Of a stretch of 32,000 nucleotides of DNA, positions 1 through 11,107 are shown piece after piece. A program made the position numbers and the translations under genes. The notes beneath the pieces are model-generated. The model saw nothing but the letters and a program-made list of their open reading frames with translations. It ran no database searches and was not told where the DNA came from. Every line of letters begins with the position of its first letter. Positions within the stretch are counted from its first letter, which is position 1. Where the stretch lies: sequence record OY978111.1. The stretch is one strand, 5' to 3'.

Positions 1-75
1 TGCCTGCTTGTGCACTAATTCAGACAAAATAGTCTGAAATCGTACCTAGGGAGAAAACTCTCTTTGATAATCATA

Positions 76-106
76 AGGTCAGCGACGCTGCGCTTCGTAG
101 AAAACA
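76..106 (+). repeat. CAGCGACG...CTTCGCAGAAGG family short dispersed repeat
   Basis: AAGGTCAGCGACGCTGCGCTTCGTAGAAAAC. Confidence 0.7.
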
Positions 107-250
107 ATGTTCCAAAGTAAAACTTTAAATCAGCTGTCTCATGCGCGGCGAAGCAGTACAGCGATTCTCGAAAGAGTGTCTCTTGCTTTGTGTTGCTTCG
201 CAACGCTAATGCGTTACAAAGTGAAACTTTGTATATGCTACACAATGCAA

Positions 251-1777
251 TTAAACTGATTGACGACGAGTTGAAGTATCACCCAATTTAAGGAATGCAC
301 CGAATTCAACTTGCTCGTCTAAATCAGCATCAATACCAGCAAATACGTCTCGGAAAATAGTACGAGCACCGTGCCAAATATGGCCAAAGAAGAAAAGAAG
401 GGCAAAACATAAATGTGCAAATGTAAACCAACCACGTGGGCTTGTACGGAAAACCCCATCTGATTGTAATGTTGCACGATCAAACTCAAAAATCTCTCCT
501 AATTGAGCACGACGTGCATATTTTTTCACAGTTGCTGGATCACTAAATGTTACACCATCAAGTTCACCACCATAGAATGTTACAGAAACACCAACTTGCT
601 CAATACTATATTTTGATTCAGCACGACGGAAAGGTACATCTGCTCGAACAACACCATCTTTATCTAATAAAATAACAGGGAATGTTTCAAAGAATGATGG
701 CATTCGACGAACAAAAAGTTCGTTGCCTTGTTTATCTTTAAAAACAGCATGTCCTAACCAACCTACAGCAATACCATCACCACTGTTCATAGCACCAGAA
801 CGGAAAAGACCGCCTTTAGCTGGGTTATTTCCGATATAGTCATAAAAAGCTAATTTCTCAGGAATTTCAGACCATGCTTGAGAAGAAGATTTCCCAGAAG
901 CTAGACTTGTTTGAACACGAGTTTCAATTTCTTGTTGGAAGAAACCTAAATCCCATTGGTAACGAGTTGGACCAAAGAGTTCAATTGGTGTTGCTGCGGA
1001 GCCGTACCACATTGTTCCTGAAACTACGAAAGCAGCCCAGAAAACTGCAGCAATACTACTTGAAAGAACAGTTTCAATGTTACCCATACGTAAACCATTA
1101 TATAATCGTTGTGGTGGACGAACACATAAATGAAATAAGCCAGCTAATACACCAAGAATACCAGCAGCAATATGGTGTGATGCAATACCACTTGGGTTAT
1201 ACGGATCAAAACCAGTTGCATCCCAAGCAGGAGAAATAGCTTGAACACTTCCAGTAATACCATAAGGATCTGACACCCAAATACCAGGGCCAAATAAGCC
1301 TGTTACGTGGAACGCACCAAAACCAAAACAAAGAAGTCCACTTAAAAATAAGTGAATCCCGAAAATTTTTGGTAAATCAAGTGCTGGATTTCCAGTTCGT
1401 GGATCACGGAAAAGTTCTAAATCCCAATAAACCCAATGCCAAATAGAAGCAGAAAATAGTAAACCCGATAAAACGATGTGAGCGGCAGCAACACCTTCAT
1501 AACTCCAAATACCTGGATTTGTTGCTGTTTCACCACTAATTGTCCAACCACCCCATGATTGAGCGATTCCTAAACGTGTCATAAAAGGAAGAACAAACAT
1601 CCCTTGACGCCACATAGGATTTAAAACCGGATCAGACGGATCAAATACAGCAAGTTCATAAAATGCCATTGATCCAGCCCAACCAGATACGAGAGCAGTA
1701 TGCATTAAATGAACAGAAATTAAACGACCGGGATCGTTTAATACTACTGTGTGAACACGGTACCAAGGAAGACCCAT
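251..1777 (-). CDS. psbB: Photosystem II CP47 chlorophyll apoprotein, 508 aa
   Basis: Full-length ORF. The N-terminus [30 protein letters not shown] and the C-terminal [22 protein letters not shown] are canonical CP47 sequence. TAA stop. Confidence 0.98.
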   Translation of the reverse strand: MGLPWYRVHTVVLNDPGRLISVHLMHTALVSGWAGSMAFYELAVFDPSDPVLNPMWRQGMFVLPFMTRLGIAQSWGGWTISGETATNPGIWSYEGVAAAHIVLSGLLFSASIWHWVYWDLELFRDPRTGNPALDLPKIFGIHLFLSGLLCFGFGAFHVTGLFGPGIWVSDPYGITGSVQAISPAWDATGFDPYNPSGIASHHIAAGILGVLAGLFHLCVRPPQRLYNGLRMGNIETVLSSSIAAVFWAAFVVSGTMWYGSAATPIELFGPTRYQWDLGFFQQEIETRVQTSLASGKSSSQAWSEIPEKLAFYDYIGNNPAKGGLFRSGAMNSGDGIAVGWLGHAVFKDKQGNELFVRRMPSFFETFPVILLDKDGVVRADVPFRRAESKYSIEQVGVSVTFYGGELDGVTFSDPATVKKYARRAQLGEIFEFDRATLQSDGVFRTSPRGWFTFAHLCFALLFFFGHIWHGARTIFRDVFAGIDADLDEQVEFGAFLKLGDTSTRRQSV

Positions 1778-1986
1778 AAAAATTGTCTCTTAAATTTTTT
1801 TTTACTTTCTTTCTTTAAAAATTATCAAAATATTGGTGGTCTAAAACCGCCAATTAATGAAATTTAGATAGTCTTGGTTTTAGTATACCACAGCTTGAAT
1901 TGAATTGGAATATTTTTTCGAAAACTAATGTGTTGCGAAGCGACGCAACAGAATATTTTCAATGGAATTCCTCGTGAAGCTACACA

Positions 1987-2029
1987 CAAGGCCAGCGATG
2001 CTGGCGCATCGGGCAAAGCCCGCAAAGAT
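1987..2029 (+). repeat. Double-hairpin GC-rich dispersed repeat, copy 1
   Basis: CAAGGCCAGCGATGCTGGCGCATCGGGCAAAGCCCGCAAAGAT. Its 23-mer GGCGCATCGGGCAAAGCCCGCAA is identical to 30604-30626. Confidence 0.8.
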
Positions 2030-3043
2030 TTAAAGATAATTTTGAAGAAGGTAAATGATACTAAAAAAACCATAGGTATGAAGACCTTTTCCTAATAAAT
2101 TCACTCCTAAATAACACACCCAAACTAAGATGAATCCAAAACTTGCAATTGCTGCAGGTTTCATTCCTTGCCACCCATAAATTAGACGGGTATGTAAATA
2201 ACAGGCAAAGGTTAACCAGGTTATGAGAGCCCAAGTTTCTTTTGGATCCCAGCTCCAATAGGTTCCCCAGGTTTCATTGGCCCACACCGCTCCAGACAAA
2301 ATACCTAATGTTAAAAAACAAAAACCTATTCCAATAGTACGATAACTTAAATTATCTAAAATGCTTAACAAATTTTCTCTTTGAGACGATGTTTCAAGTG
2401 TTTCTCCTGTTTGAGACGCAAAAGTCGATGGAGAGGTATTAAGAAAATTCGAGGATAAAGGAATTGGGACAGAAAGGACTTCTGTTTGTGGCACTGCGTC
2501 TTCTCCTTTCGAATTTGAAACACTTGAAATAATAAGATAACTGAATGCAACCAAAGAACCTATTAATAAGCCTGCATAACTTAACATCATTACACTAACA
2601 TGCATAAAAAGCCAATTTGATTGTAAAGCCGGGACTAAAGGTTTGGATAGTTGAAGATCCGTAGGTAAACTAAATCCAGTAAAGCCTAAAACACACAAAA
2701 TTAATGGAGAAATAACGACTCCAATAAATTCTGTTTTAAGAAAATTTTCTACAACAAGATAGATCAGAGTAAAACTCCAACTTAAAAAAAGTAATGACTC
2801 ATATAAACTGCTTAATGGAAAATGACCAGATTCTACCCAACGGAAAACTAATTGAACGGCAATTCCAAAGTTAAGAATACAAAAGCCCCAAAAACCGAAA
2901 AAAGTGGTCGGGTTTTTTGGAAAAAAGATAACTTTTGTCCAATAATAAATAGTTGTGAAAAAACTCACTAAAAAACACAAATTACTTAAGAAGGATTGCA
3001 TGTGTAAAAATTGTATATTCATAATAATCGAGTTGAAACTCAC
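2030..3043 (-). CDS. ccsA: Cytochrome c biogenesis protein CcsA (system II heme handling), 337 aa
   Basis: Polytopic hydrophobic ORF with the Trp-rich motif WGTYWSWDPKETW in the C-terminal third, followed by conserved His residues. A variable hydrophilic loop lies in the middle. Confidence 0.9.
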   Translation of the reverse strand: MSFNSIIMNIQFLHMQSFLSNLCFLVSFFTTIYYWTKVIFFPKNPTTFFGFWGFCILNFGIAVQLVFRWVESGHFPLSSLYESLLFLSWSFTLIYLVVENFLKTEFIGVVISPLILCVLGFTGFSLPTDLQLSKPLVPALQSNWLFMHVSVMMLSYAGLLIGSLVAFSYLIISSVSNSKGEDAVPQTEVLSVPIPLSSNFLNTSPSTFASQTGETLETSSQRENLLSILDNLSYRTIGIGFCFLTLGILSGAVWANETWGTYWSWDPKETWALITWLTFACYLHTRLIYGWQGMKPAAIASFGFILVWVCYLGVNLLGKGLHTYGFFSIIYLLQNYL

Positions 3044-3188
3044 TTTTTTTTTATTATAGGGGATTTTTGAAGTAATTACAAAAAGATTTTTGTTTTATGA
3101 AAACTTATGAAAACAGAAAACTATGGATTGGTTTAAAATATAAAAGAAACTAGTACTATGTTATGTCGCTTTGTGGTCAGATTTTAAT

Positions 3189-3208
3189 ATGATGTTAAAG
3201 TGGCGCAA
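3189..3208 (+). repeat. 20-nt repeat ATGATKTTAAAGTGGCGCAA
   Basis: ATGATGTTAAAGTGGCGCAA matches 28033-28052 at 19 of 20 positions. Confidence 0.75.
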
Positions 3209-3237
3209 AAGCGCATTAGAAGAGAGAGTCAAGATTT

Positions 3238-5531
<2,294 letters not shown>

Positions 5532-5621
5532 AAAACAAATTTAACGTGACCTAAATATCTTTTCTTGACAGCGACTGTGTCCTGAAATGGCGCCACGCTG
5601 CAGCAACACGCGAAGCACGCC

Positions 5622-5651
5622 TGGTCTAGTCTGCGGCCGCAGACTAGACCA
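5622..5651 (+). terminator. chlN 3' perfect palindrome
   Basis: TGGTCTAGTCTGCGGCCGCAGACTAGACCA is a 30-nt perfect palindrome centred on GCGGCCGC, 91 nt after the chlN stop and upstream of the trnR promoter candidate. Confidence 0.5.
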
Positions 5652-5670
5652 CACCAATATTTGTCTACTA

Positions 5671-5698
5671 TTGAAATTTTTTTGAAAGCCCGTATAAT
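5671..5698 (+). promoter_or_regulatory. Candidate sigma70-type (PEP) promoter for trnR-ACG
   Basis: -35 TTGAAA (5671-5676), 16-nt spacer, -10 TATAAT (5693-5698). The tRNA 5' end lies 21 nt downstream of the -10 box. Confidence 0.4.
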
Positions 5699-5718
5699 AA
5701 AAAGAAACCTTTTTAAAA

Positions 5719-5792
5719 GGGCTTGTAGCTCAGTGGACTAGAGCACGTGGCTACGAACCACGGTGTCGGGGGTTCGAATCCCTCCTTGCCCA
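5719..5792 (+). tRNA. trnR-ACG: tRNA-Arg (anticodon ACG)
   Basis: 74-nt cloverleaf GGGCTTGTAGCTCAGTGGACTAGAGCACGTGGCTACGAACCACGGTGTCGGGGGTTCGAATCCCTCCTTGCCCA. Anticodon loop CTACGAA, T-loop GGTTCGAATCC. Closely resembles plastid trnR-ACG. Confidence 0.93.
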
Positions 5793-5963
5793 AAAAAGAA
5801 AATTAACAATTTGTTTAAATTGAGTTAATTTGCAAGTTTTGAAGTTCCACATATTTTCGATATCAGAGATACTGGCATAAGATCTATATCACCAGTATAA
5901 TACTATATAACTTCTCCTAATCTCGATTTTCGAATTAGTGAAATTTTGATATATAGTTATTTT

Positions 5964-6821
5964 ATGGAAACACTACGTAGTTTAGGAAATAACCCGGAAA
6001 CGGAAAGTCGTGTTGTGGTTGTCACATCGGGAAAAGGCGGTGTTGGAAAAACTACTACAACAGCAAATTTAGGCATGTCTATTGCCCGGCTTGGTTATAA
6101 AGTAGCTTTAATTGATGCTGATCTTGGTTTACGAAATTTGGATTTATTATTGGGTCTCGAAAATCGCGTGCTATATACCGCAATGGATATCGTTGAAGGT
6201 CAATGTCGCTTAGACCAAGCTTTGATTCGAGATAAAAAATGGAAAAATTTAGCTCTTTTAGCCGTTTCTAAAAACCGACAAAAATATAATGTTACTCGAA
6301 AAAATATGCTGAATTTGGTCAATTCAGTCAAAGAGCTCGGGTTTCATTTTGTTTTAATTGATTGTCCAGCAGGAATTGATGTTGGGTTTATTAATGCGAT
6401 ATCTTCAGCAACGGAAGCGGTAATTGTCACAACCCCAGAAATTACCGCAATTCGAGACGCGGATCGTGTTGCAGGACTTTTAGAGGCAAATACTATTTAT
6501 AATGTAAAATTACTTGTGAACCGTGTTCGACCGGATATGATCCAAAAAAACGACATGATGTCCGTGCGTGATGTTCAAGAAATGCTTGGTATTCCCCTAT
6601 TAGGGGCTATTCCAGAAGACACCAATGTTATTATTTCTACAAATAAAGGGGAACCTCTTGTTTTAAATAAAAAATTAACATTATCAGGAATTGCTTTTGA
6701 AAACGCAGCTCGACGACTCATTGGTAAACAAGACTATTTTCTCGATTTAAATACACCTTCGTCTGGAATTGAAGATTCTTGGCGTCAAAAACTTCAAGAT
6801 TTTTTTCTTGGAAATTCATGA
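5964..6821 (+). CDS. minD: Septum site-determining ATPase MinD, 285 aa from ATG 5964
   Basis: Deviant Walker A VVVTSGKGGVGKTTTTANLG, then LIDADLGLRNLDLLLGLE and DCPAGI motifs. The track ORF begins at TTG 5946; the first ATG (METLRS) at 5964 is preferred. Confidence 0.92.
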   Translation: METLRSLGNNPETESRVVVVTSGKGGVGKTTTTANLGMSIARLGYKVALIDADLGLRNLDLLLGLENRVLYTAMDIVEGQCRLDQALIRDKKWKNLALLAVSKNRQKYNVTRKNMLNLVNSVKELGFHFVLIDCPAGIDVGFINAISSATEAVIVTTPEITAIRDADRVAGLLEANTIYNVKLLVNRVRPDMIQKNDMMSVRDVQEMLGIPLLGAIPEDTNVIISTNKGEPLVLNKKLTLSGIAFENAARRLIGKQDYFLDLNTPSSGIEDSWRQKLQDFFLGNS

Positions 6822-6974
6822 GATTTCTTCGAATGAGCTGCTTTGCAGCGCAAGAGTACAAATTGTGTGCCATTTTAGCATCAAAGTCTTTGATACATGG
6901 TGCAATAGGTTTAATTCGCAAAAAAACTTCACTTGTGCAAAAAGAAAAACTATGGTATCCTTTCTTTTAAATAT

Positions 6975-6996
6975 GAAAAGACAAAAAAGTCTTTTC
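6975..6996 (+). promoter_or_regulatory. rbcL 5'-leader hairpin
   Basis: GAAAAGAC-aaaaaa-GTCTTTTC, an 8-bp perfect stem 46 nt upstream of the rbcL ATG, immediately after the AT-rich TTTAAATAT box. Confidence 0.4.
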
Positions 6997-7041
6997 TTCG
7001 GGCAGATTGAAAGATCGTAACATAGAACTATTTTTGTTAGA

Positions 7042-8469
7042 ATGGCTCCACAAACTGAAACTAAAGCAACTGCTGGATTTAAAGCAGGTGTAAAAGACTA
7101 TCGTTTAACTTACTATACTCCTGATTATCAACCAAAAGATACTGATATTCTTGCAGCATTTCGTATGTCACCTCAACCAGGTGTTCCTGCTGAAGAAGCT
7201 GGTGCTGCTGTAGCTGCAGAATCATCAACTGGTACTTGGACTACAGTATGGACTGATGGTTTAACTAGTTTAGATCGTTATAAAGGTCGTTGTTACGACA
7301 TCGAACCAGTTCCTGGTGAAGAAAACCAATATATTGCATATGTTGCATATCCTTTAGATTTATTTGAAGAAGGTTCTGTAACAAACTTATTTACGTCAAT
7401 CGTAGGTAACGTATTTGGTTTCAAAGCTCTTCGTGCATTACGTTTAGAAGATCTTCGTATTCCACCAGCATACGCTAAAACTTTCCAAGGACCTCCTCAT
7501 GGTATCCAAGTTGAGCGTGACAAACTAAACAAGTACGGTCGTGCTTTATTAGGTTGTACAATTAAACCGAAATTAGGTCTTTCTGCGAAAAACTACGGTC
7601 GTGCTGTATACGAATGTTTACGTGGTGGTCTTGACTTTACAAAAGATGATGAAAACGTAAACTCTCAACCATTCATGCGTTGGAGAGATCGTTTCTTATT
7701 CGTTGCTGAAGCGATTTACAAATCTCAAGCTGAAACTGGTGAAATTAAAGGTCACTATTTAAATGCTACAGCTGCTACATCTGAAGAGATGCTAAAACGT
7801 GCTGCTTGTGCTAAAGATCTTGGTGTACCAATTATCATGCACGATTACTTAACTGGTGGTTTTACTGCAAACACTAGTTTAGCTCATTATTGTCGTGATA
7901 ATGGTCTTTTACTTCACATTCACCGTGCGATGCACGCTGTAATTGACCGTCAAAGAAACCATGGTATTCACTTCCGTGTTTTAGCTAAAGCTCTTCGTTT
8001 ATCAGGTGGTGATCATTTACACTCTGGTACTGTTGTAGGTAAACTAGAAGGTGAACGTGAAGTAACTCTAGGTTTCGTTGATTTAATGCGTGATGACTAC
8101 GTAGAAAAAGATCGTAGTCGTGGTATTTATTTTACACAAGATTGGGCTTCTTTACCAGGTGTTATGCCGGTAGCATCAGGTGGTATTCACGTATGGCATA
8201 TGCCAGCGCTTGTAGAAATCTTTGGTGATGACGCTTGTTTACAATTCGGTGGTGGTACTTTAGGTCACCCTTGGGGTAACGCTCCAGGTGCTGCTGCAAA
8301 CCGTGTAGCTTTAGAAGCATGTGTACAAGCTCGTAACGAAGGTCGTGATCTTGCGCGTGAAGGTGGTGATGTAATTCGTGCTGCATGCAAATGGAGTCCA
8401 GAATTAGCTGCTGCTTGTGAAGTTTGGAAAGAAATTAAATTTGAATTCGAAACTATCGATACTCTTTAA
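7042..8469 (+). CDS. rbcL: RuBisCO large subunit (form IB), 475 aa
   Basis: [52 protein letters not shown] and other canonical motifs. Strongly biased codon use (GGT, CGT, GCT). Confidence 0.99.
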   Translation: MAPQTETKATAGFKAGVKDYRLTYYTPDYQPKDTDILAAFRMSPQPGVPAEEAGAAVAAESSTGTWTTVWTDGLTSLDRYKGRCYDIEPVPGEENQYIAYVAYPLDLFEEGSVTNLFTSIVGNVFGFKALRALRLEDLRIPPAYAKTFQGPPHGIQVERDKLNKYGRALLGCTIKPKLGLSAKNYGRAVYECLRGGLDFTKDDENVNSQPFMRWRDRFLFVAEAIYKSQAETGEIKGHYLNATAATSEEMLKRAACAKDLGVPIIMHDYLTGGFTANTSLAHYCRDNGLLLHIHRAMHAVIDRQRNHGIHFRVLAKALRLSGGDHLHSGTVVGKLEGEREVTLGFVDLMRDDYVEKDRSRGIYFTQDWASLPGVMPVASGGIHVWHMPALVEIFGDDACLQFGGGTLGHPWGNAPGAAANRVALEACVQARNEGRDLAREGGDVIRAACKWSPELAAACEVWKEIKFEFETIDTL

Positions 8470-8487
8470 TTTTCTTTTTACTATTCA

Positions 8488-8506
8488 TTCTCGATTTTAT
8501 TGAGAA
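8488..8506 (+). terminator. rbcL 3' inverted repeat 1 (shared TTCTCRAT/ATTGAGAA stem)
   Basis: TTCTCGAT-ttt-ATTGAGAA, 8 bp with one G:T pair, 19 nt after the rbcL stop. Confidence 0.5.
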
Positions 8507-8510
8507 ACGT

Positions 8511-8540
8511 CTTTCCCTTCGGTAATTCCCGAAGGGAAGG
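8511..8540 (+). terminator. rbcL 3' inverted repeat 2
   Basis: CTTTCCCTTCGG-taattc-CCGAAGGGAAGG. 10 perfect bp (8513-8522 / 8529-8538), extendable to 12 bp with one G:T. Confidence 0.55.
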
Positions 8541-8647
8541 GTTATTAAATTTTTTGTTGAAAAATACCTTTTTTTAGCGATTGTAATATAAAAAAATCTT
8601 GGGTGATTGAAAAGGCCGGGAATTTAACTTTTAGCAACCAGTGCAAA

Positions 8648-8683
8648 GGGCTGCGTAGGAACTCTTTGAGAGGCACATTAGCT
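8648..8683 (+). repeat. GGGCTGCGT...GAGGCACATTAGCT repeat, short form
   Basis: GGGCTGCGTAGGAACTCTTTGAGAGGCACATTAGCT. Its flanks are shared with 10212-10277. Confidence 0.7.
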
Positions 8684-8773
8684 AGACTTATAATAAGGTC
8701 CGCTTAATATCTCGGTTTTATCTGCTGATGCATAAAATACCCATATTTTATGGTCAAGCGATAAAATGAATGC

Positions 8774-8804
8774 CTAGCAATGAAAATCTGAGTTTCATTG
8801 CTAG
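8774..8804 (-). terminator. petD 3' inverted repeat
   Basis: CTAGCAATGAAA-atctgag-TTTCATTGCTAG, a 12-bp perfect stem 42 nt downstream of the petD stop on the minus strand. Confidence 0.5.
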
Positions 8805-8845
8805 AAGGACAAAACAAATTTTTAATTCTTCATTAACAAAAAGAT

Positions 8846-9328
8846 TTAAAATAAACCTAATGTTAATGAAATATCAATTGGTAATGCCGCACCAATTCCT
8901 AACCAAACAGCTACCACTGTTCCTAAAAGGAAGACAGTCATCGCTACTGGTCGACGAAATGGGTTTTGGAATTTATTAATGCTCTCAATAAAAGGAACAG
9001 TAATTAAACCTGCTGGCACTGCTGCCATTAAAAGTACTCCTAATAATTTATTAGGAACTGTGCGTAAAATTTGGAATACAGGATAGAAATACCATTCAGG
9101 TAAAATTTCTAATGGTGTTGCAAAAGGATTTGCTGGTTCACCCATTGCTGCTGGGTCTAAAACTGATAATCCAATTAGACACGCAAATGTCCCGAAAATT
9201 ACAACTGGGAAAATATAAAGTAAATCATTTGGCCATGCAGGTTCACCATAATAATTATGGCCCATGCCTTTGGCTAGTTTTGCTCGTAATACTGGATCCG
9301 ATAAATCTGGTTTTTTTGTAACCGCCAT
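8846..9328 (-). CDS. petD: Cytochrome b6/f complex subunit IV, 160 aa
   Basis: [43 protein letters not shown] ... ISLTLGLF matches green-algal PetD end to end. The upstream 31 codons of the track ORF (to 9421) are not conserved and overlap a dispersed repeat. Confidence 0.96.
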   Translation of the reverse strand: MAVTKKPDLSDPVLRAKLAKGMGHNYYGEPAWPNDLLYIFPVVIFGTFACLIGLSVLDPAAMGEPANPFATPLEILPEWYFYPVFQILRTVPNKLLGVLLMAAVPAGLITVPFIESINKFQNPFRRPVAMTVFLLGTVVAVWLGIGAALPIDISLTLGLF

Positions 9329-9423
9329 AGTTTCAACTCCGTGATGTTTATAAAAATAAAATACTGTTTCTTTTGCGCTCATTGTTGGCCTTTGCCCGCA
9401 ATCCGTGCATTGTGCGACCAAAA

Positions 9424-9455
9424 GGGCTGCGACGCTCAGCTTCGCAGAAGGTCAC
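9424..9455 (+). repeat. CAGCGACG...CTTCGCAGAAGG family short dispersed repeat (petB-petD spacer)
   Basis: GGGCTGCGACGCTCAGCTTCGCAGAAGGTCAC. Confidence 0.7.
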
Positions 9456-9482
9456 TCAAACAAATGAGCACAACTAATTCGA

Positions 9483-10130
9483 TTAAAGAGGTCCGGAAAT
9501 CCCTTGTTTTCGGATCATTAAGAAATGCATAAGCATAAACACTGCTGTAAGAAGTGGTAATACAAATGTATGTAAACTATAGAATCGAGTTAAAGTCGCT
9601 TGACCTACACCAACACCACCACGTAAAATCTCTACTAAACCCGGCCCAATAACCGGAATCGCATCAGGTACACCTGTTACAATTTTTACAGCCCAATAGC
9701 CAATTTGATCCCATGGTAATGAATATCCAGTTACTCCAAAAGAAACTGTACATACAGCCATAATGACACCTGTTACCCAAGTAAGTTCACGTGGTTTTTT
9801 GAATCCACCAGTTAGGTATACACGGAATACGTGAAGCACCATCATTAATACCATCATACTTGCTGACCAACGGTGAATTGAACGAATTAGCCATCCGAAA
9901 TTTACATCAGTCATAATGTATTGCACTGAATTAAATGCTTCAGCAACCGTTGGACGATAATAAAACGTCATGGCAAATCCTGTAGCTACTTGTACTAAAA
10001 AACAAGTAAAAGTAATTCCACCGATACAATAAAAAATATTTACATGAGGCGGAACGTATTTACTTGAAATATCATCACCAATTGCTTGAATTTCAAGACG
10101 TTCCTCAAACCAATCAAAAACCTTCGACAT
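9483..10130 (-). CDS. petB: Cytochrome b6, 215 aa
   Basis: [52 protein letters not shown] ... [11 protein letters not shown] is canonical and intron-less. Confidence 0.98.
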   Translation of the reverse strand: MSKVFDWFEERLEIQAIGDDISSKYVPPHVNIFYCIGGITFTCFLVQVATGFAMTFYYRPTVAEAFNSVQYIMTDVNFGWLIRSIHRWSASMMVLMMVLHVFRVYLTGGFKKPRELTWVTGVIMAVCTVSFGVTGYSLPWDQIGYWAVKIVTGVPDAIPVIGPGLVEILRGGVGVGQATLTRFYSLHTFVLPLLTAVFMLMHFLMIRKQGISGPL

Positions 10131-10211
10131 ATGAATTTGAATTATTTTCTCTGCATAAGGCAGAGTTGATTTAAAACCACAATTAGGCTGAGTATTTATT
10201 TTAAAAAAGAT

Positions 10212-10277
10212 GGGCTGCGTCTCTTGCTTTTCTCAATTGTATTGAGAAAAGCAAGAGGCACATTAGCTGCGCTTAGC
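10212..10277 (+). repeat. GGGCTGCGT...GAGGCACATTAGCT repeat, long form enclosing the 17-bp-stem hairpin
   Basis: GGGCTGCGT + the 37-nt hairpin + GCACATTAGCTGCGCTTAGC. Confidence 0.7.
10221..10257 (-). terminator. clpP 3' inverted repeat (17-bp stem containing the shared TTCTCAAT/ATTGAGAA core)
   Basis: CTCTTGCTTTTCTCAAT-tgt-ATTGAGAAAAGCAAGAG, a perfect 17-bp stem 36 nt downstream of the clpP stop and about 90 nt upstream of the petB ATG. Confidence 0.5.
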
Positions 10278-10292
10278 AACCTAAATATATCA

Positions 10293-10901
10293 TTAGGCGC
10301 TTTTCGACCATTTGGTATCTACTGCGACTTGATCAATTAGTCCGTAGTCTTTTGCTTCACGTGCTGATAAGAATTGATCTCGATCCATATCTCGCGAAAT
10401 CCGACTTAATGATTGACCAGTACGTTCTGCATAAATTTGTCCAACTTGGCGACGAATTCGCATCACTTCTTCAGACTCGGATAAAACTTCAGATGCTTGG
10501 CCTTGACTTCCTCCTTCTGGTTGGTGAATCATAATACGAGAATAAGGTAAAGCGATCCGTTTTCCACGGTCACCGCCAGCTAGCACAAATGATGCCATTG
10601 AAGCTGCTGTTCCAACACAAATGGTAGTAACTTCAGATTTAATATAGTTCATTGCATCATACACAGCAATCCCACACGTGACAGAGCCACCTGGAGAATT
10701 AATATAAATGTATAAGCCTTTATTTTTTTCTTCAGCATTTAAATAAAGCATAATACCAATGAGTTGATTTGCCAACTCATCATCTAATTCTTGGCATAAA
10801 AATAAGACTCGTTCGCGATAGAGTCGATTATACAAATCTACCCATTGTGCGGAAGGTTCACCTGGGAGACGGAATGGGACTTTTGGAACACCAATAGGCA
10901 T
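10293..10901 (-). CDS. clpP: ATP-dependent Clp protease proteolytic subunit, 202 aa
   Basis: [16 protein letters not shown]-terminus, INSPGGSV, catalytic-Ser context [14 protein letters not shown], and IMIHQP. No insertion or intein-like expansion. Confidence 0.96.
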   Translation of the reverse strand: MPIGVPKVPFRLPGEPSAQWVDLYNRLYRERVLFLCQELDDELANQLIGIMLYLNAEEKNKGLYIYINSPGGSVTCGIAVYDAMNYIKSEVTTICVGTAASMASFVLAGGDRGKRIALPYSRIMIHQPEGGSQGQASEVLSESEEVMRIRRQVGQIYAERTGQSLSRISRDMDRDQFLSAREAKDYGLIDQVAVDTKWSKSA

Positions 10902-11107
10902 AATAAAATAAACAGATTTTTTCTATACGTTTCTTAATATTTATCGCAGAGACCGTTTCGTAAAGCATCGCAAAGCGAATACAATAAAAAGTCATTGCAA
11001 AGTTAAAATTTCTTCTAAAATGCGTTTTTCAAGGCTGTTTTCTTCTATGTTGAGCTACAAAGCAGCTCAACCGCTAAATATGTCTTGAACCAAAGCTTTT
11101 GTAAGGC

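Noticed and set aside
15-245. 76-aa minus-strand ORF downstream of psbB (checked as a possible psbT/psbN/psbH)
   Set aside because: The sequence does not resemble psbT (no MEA...FFREPP pattern) or any other small PSII gene. The ORF is built from dispersed-repeat sequence.
874-1239. 121-aa plus-strand ORF
   Set aside because: It lies entirely antisense to the highly conserved psbB, its composition is skewed (Q/L/K-rich), and it has no recognisable motif. It is a by-product of codon bias on the opposite strand.
3095-3135. Short near-tandem repeat TATGAAAAC x2 (ATGAAAACTTATGAAAACAGAAAAC) in the ccsA-chlL spacer
   Set aside because: There are only two imperfect units in AT-rich sequence, which is within what is expected by chance or slippage. 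It is not worth a functional claim.
6769-7020. Two overlapping ORFs (83 and 63 aa) in the minD-rbcL spacer
   Set aside because: They overlap the minD 3' end and the rbcL leader, and have no motifs. The region is better explained as the rbcL promoter and 5' UTR with a hairpin.
8770-8979. 69-aa plus-strand ORF, and the 9341-9532 ORF
   Set aside because: They are antisense to the petD and petB ends and to their 3' hairpin and spacer repeat. No conserved features.
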